Below are positions 61,001 through 64,000 of a stretch of DNA of 64,000 nt, in pieces (positions within the stretch are counted from its first letter, which is position 1; every line of letters begins with the position of its first letter). The DNA is taken from the NCBI GenBank assembly GCA_949358305.1, contig OX442314.1, positions 23,374,001 to 23,438,000 of the forward strand, written 5' to 3'. A model generated the notes under the pieces. That model was given only the letters and a program-made list of their open reading frames with translations, was not told where the DNA came from and searched no databases. The translations under genes were made by a program, and so were the position numbers. This DNA comes from Strigamia acuminata. Taxonomy: Eukaryota.

Positions 61001-64000
61001 ATTCGCAAAAAAACTCCAAATTAAAGTCAACAAAACCGCTTACATAATACAATGTTTTCCACCAAAAAATCCACTAATAGCAGTCCCATTAAAACCAAAC
61101 AACAAATGAGTTACCTTCAAACTTTTAACGACGCATTTAGCAGAAAATATAAATAAATCCAACCATAATCACCAACCATCAACCTAATAAACATTCCCCG
61201 CCGACACGCTCTCGAATAAACAATCGGCGCGCTTTATTTACCACTTATTCTTTCGACTACATAAGAACCCACCTAACTCACGCCCCTAAATGCCCAGGTG
61301 AAAATCACAACCCCCAGTTTTACCCAACAGGTGCTCGACAGGTGAGATGGTCTCGTGCTGAGCACCCATCTGCCGACAGGTGCTTCTCAAAAGTGCTGAA
61401 TAAATTCCAGCGCAAAACCAAAAGTGTTTTTCGAGTGGAGAGAGAGAGAAAGAGAGAGAGAGGGGATCCTCCAACGTGACTGATGCGTCGCCACTTGTTC
61501 ACGGAAATTACTCGCTCCCCTTTTGACCGTGCTTATATTACACTTCCTTAAGGAAGCACGCTTTAACAGCACCCATTTAACCCACTCCACGTTTCAGCAA
61601 ACCCCCTGCGTCTCACGCTTGTCTCACTCAGCGGGTATCACGTTACTCATCATTAATTCAGTGGGCGATCTTCACAATGACAAGAACAGACTCATTCCGC
61701 TTTCAGGCGATAGTTAGCATTAAGTGTCATCATAAAAGCTCCTCTCCCAACCATTTACGGCTCCTGTGCACTTTTATTGGCAAACCTACGCAATGCCAAC
61801 AACAAAAATTCCCCTTTTTTCGTCCGGCCCCGTGAATAATCAGTGGGAAAAAAATCAACACGAGTACATTATCATCTTCCAAAATGAAAATAAAAAACGA
61901 ATTAAGAATGGGAGCCATTAAACATGACACTCGCATAAAACCCTGTAATTTATGGACTTCCAACGCGTATGGAGTGGAGGAGGACTGGAGGAGGCACTTA
62001 AGCCGGCTGATTGTTATGGCGTCTGACAACAGGTGAACACAATTTCAACCTGATTCCAGTCAGTTTAAATTTCATCATCCATCCGCAAAGCAGGTGCAAC
62101 TTATCCTGGCATCTGATTCGGAAGGTTTTTAATGAATTGACCCCGAGCAACGAGGGGAGAACGAGGGAATGTCATGCAAAGGCACGTGCGAACGAAATTT
62201 AAACCCCCCCTGTGTTTTCCCCGTCAGAACGTGTACAAGGGGCTTGGTTTTGTGGTCGACGAGAATTACAGTTTGATAATATTTGACCACTTACGAGTGT
62301 GGGAATTGAAAAAATAAAATTAAAAAAATATCTTTTAACATTCGTGTTCGGTTGTACGTTTTAGAAAAAAAATCGTGTTGGTTGAGTGTTAATGAATTCA
62401 AATTCTCACTCACTTGACCCGAAGTTAAAATTAAAGGCCATAAATCACTATCTCAACCTGTTCAACTTCTGATTACAGACATAAACACATTTATGGGCTA
62501 ATCACTCATCTTCTAGGGGAGTTGATTGGAGGAAAAAAAGCCAATTGGTTACTGTGGTAACCGGATGAGAAATCGATTGATAATAAATTACATCATTTTA
62601 ACGCTGCTAGAATTGTTTCCGGACAATAATCGCATTAAATTAAATCCTCAAACTCATCACCAATTCAATTTTATACAAAATAAAATTTATTTAAAATTTT
62701 AAAAAAAAAATTAAAAAATTAAATTCTTTTTATAATTTTGATATATTTAAGACCGTGGAAGAAAGAACTGCAATCGTAAATAAATTTAACTTTTAAAAAA
62801 AATTTATTAAAATAGATGTTTTTTCAAATTTATTTAAATGCAAAAAAAAAAAAACAACTTGGGTCGTTTGCAGCTATTCAGTCGTTCCATACAAAATGCT
62901 GCAAAATGCGCGTCACGTGACATGAATGATATCCAAGTGCATCACCCCTGAGGAAAATGATGCGAAAATATTTAGACCTCCTACGTTAGCCCGAAGAGGA
63001 CAAGTGCTAATCATGGACAATGACGTTAATTGCTAATTAAGGCTGCGTTTATAAATTACCACCACCGGGATGTACCATGATTTGCCATTCAGTGTGGCTG
63101 TTGAAGTTTTAAGTGTATTCTCATGTTCATCTACAAGCAAAACGTGCATAAATTAAATGCAACGTAATTGCATCCTTGGAGCCGAAATAACCGAAAAACT
63201 GCAAAAGGTCAATTTCAAAGATTAATCCCAAATTTACACAAAAAAAAATAAAATAAAATAAAATAAAATAAAATATAGAAAAAACAAAATCAAAAAAATT
63301 GTTTACTGTAAACCAGTCACATAATTAACAAATGTACTCAATTTCCAACTAGTACAAAAACTATTAATGCTCTGCTGTGCAAACATCCAGTTTATGGTCT
63401 ATAAAATTGTTGCTTCTGACTCATTTTAAAACCGATTCCTTTCCGATATTTAACCATAATTGCACACTATGGCCACCAGAAGGTTATTTTTTTACAACGA
63501 GCCATCAGGAATGTCTCGAAGACGTCAGCTAAACTGCATTTAAAAACGAAAACCCAACTTAAATATTTGAAAGAATCAACCGCATGACATTTAACGTGCA
63601 ATAAATTGCAGATTAGCGTGTTTGTAGCCCTTGTTTGTATCGAACGCACTCATTTTTAAGTGCAGCAAAAAAAAAAAAATAAAAGAAAGAAAGCAAGAAA
63701 GAGACTCAACAAGTCAACACGAAAAAAGTAGTTAAAATTCGCCAAATGTACTTTTTTCGCCATGCTCAAAATCTGACAGATAGTACCAGAGTTATAATTA
63801 CACCACTTATGCCTTGTTTACATAAGCGAAGCTTGACGAAACCTCTTTATTTTTGATAATGAACTTGTATAATGTCGGAGGTCGAATTCGTTCTTGGAGG
63901 TCACGAACCAACGAACGGGTTAATCATGTGTTAAAGTGAGGTCCTTAGCCCGCATTTTGTCTCCACTTAATTTTTTTTCTCTCTCTCTCTCTCTTCTCCT

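Noticed and set aside
52078..64000. PRDM exon 4 (expected roughly xYY...DI..GEEL) or zinc-finger exons
   Set aside because: No matching frame with splice sites found by eye; IIGEEK near 56300 lacks the motif context. Probably beyond the window, though a short exon could have been missed.

Overview
AT-rich eukaryotic (animal) genomic DNA, most likely a non-vertebrate bilaterian; the species cannot be fixed from the sequence. Most ORFs in the supplied track are spurious because the real genes are spliced. Three genes can be reconstructed by hand. (1) The 5' part (4 exons) of condensin I subunit CAP-D2/NCAPD2 on the minus strand, running off the left edge. (2) Head-to-head with it, a complete 8-exon, ~936-aa transmembrane FG-nucleoporin with clear POM121 motifs (974-4290, +); POM121 is usually described as vertebrate-restricted. 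(3) The first three coding exons of a PRDM3/16 (MECOM/PRDM16/hamlet) gene (9436-9472, 35254-35636, 51943-52077, +), with 26-kb, 16-kb and >11.9-kb introns and an exon/phase layout matching vertebrate MDS1-EVI1 as recalled. Its third exon starts with a 5' splice-site consensus (AG|GTGAGC), a candidate recursive-splicing switch that would delete part of the PR domain in frame. The large introns carry many motif matches (RFX X-boxes, NRF1/EWG palindromes, CTCF-like sites, an E-box cluster), several small DNA-transposon remnants, two minisatellites and an inverted repeat pair. All family assignments rest on recalled protein motifs, not on searches run here.
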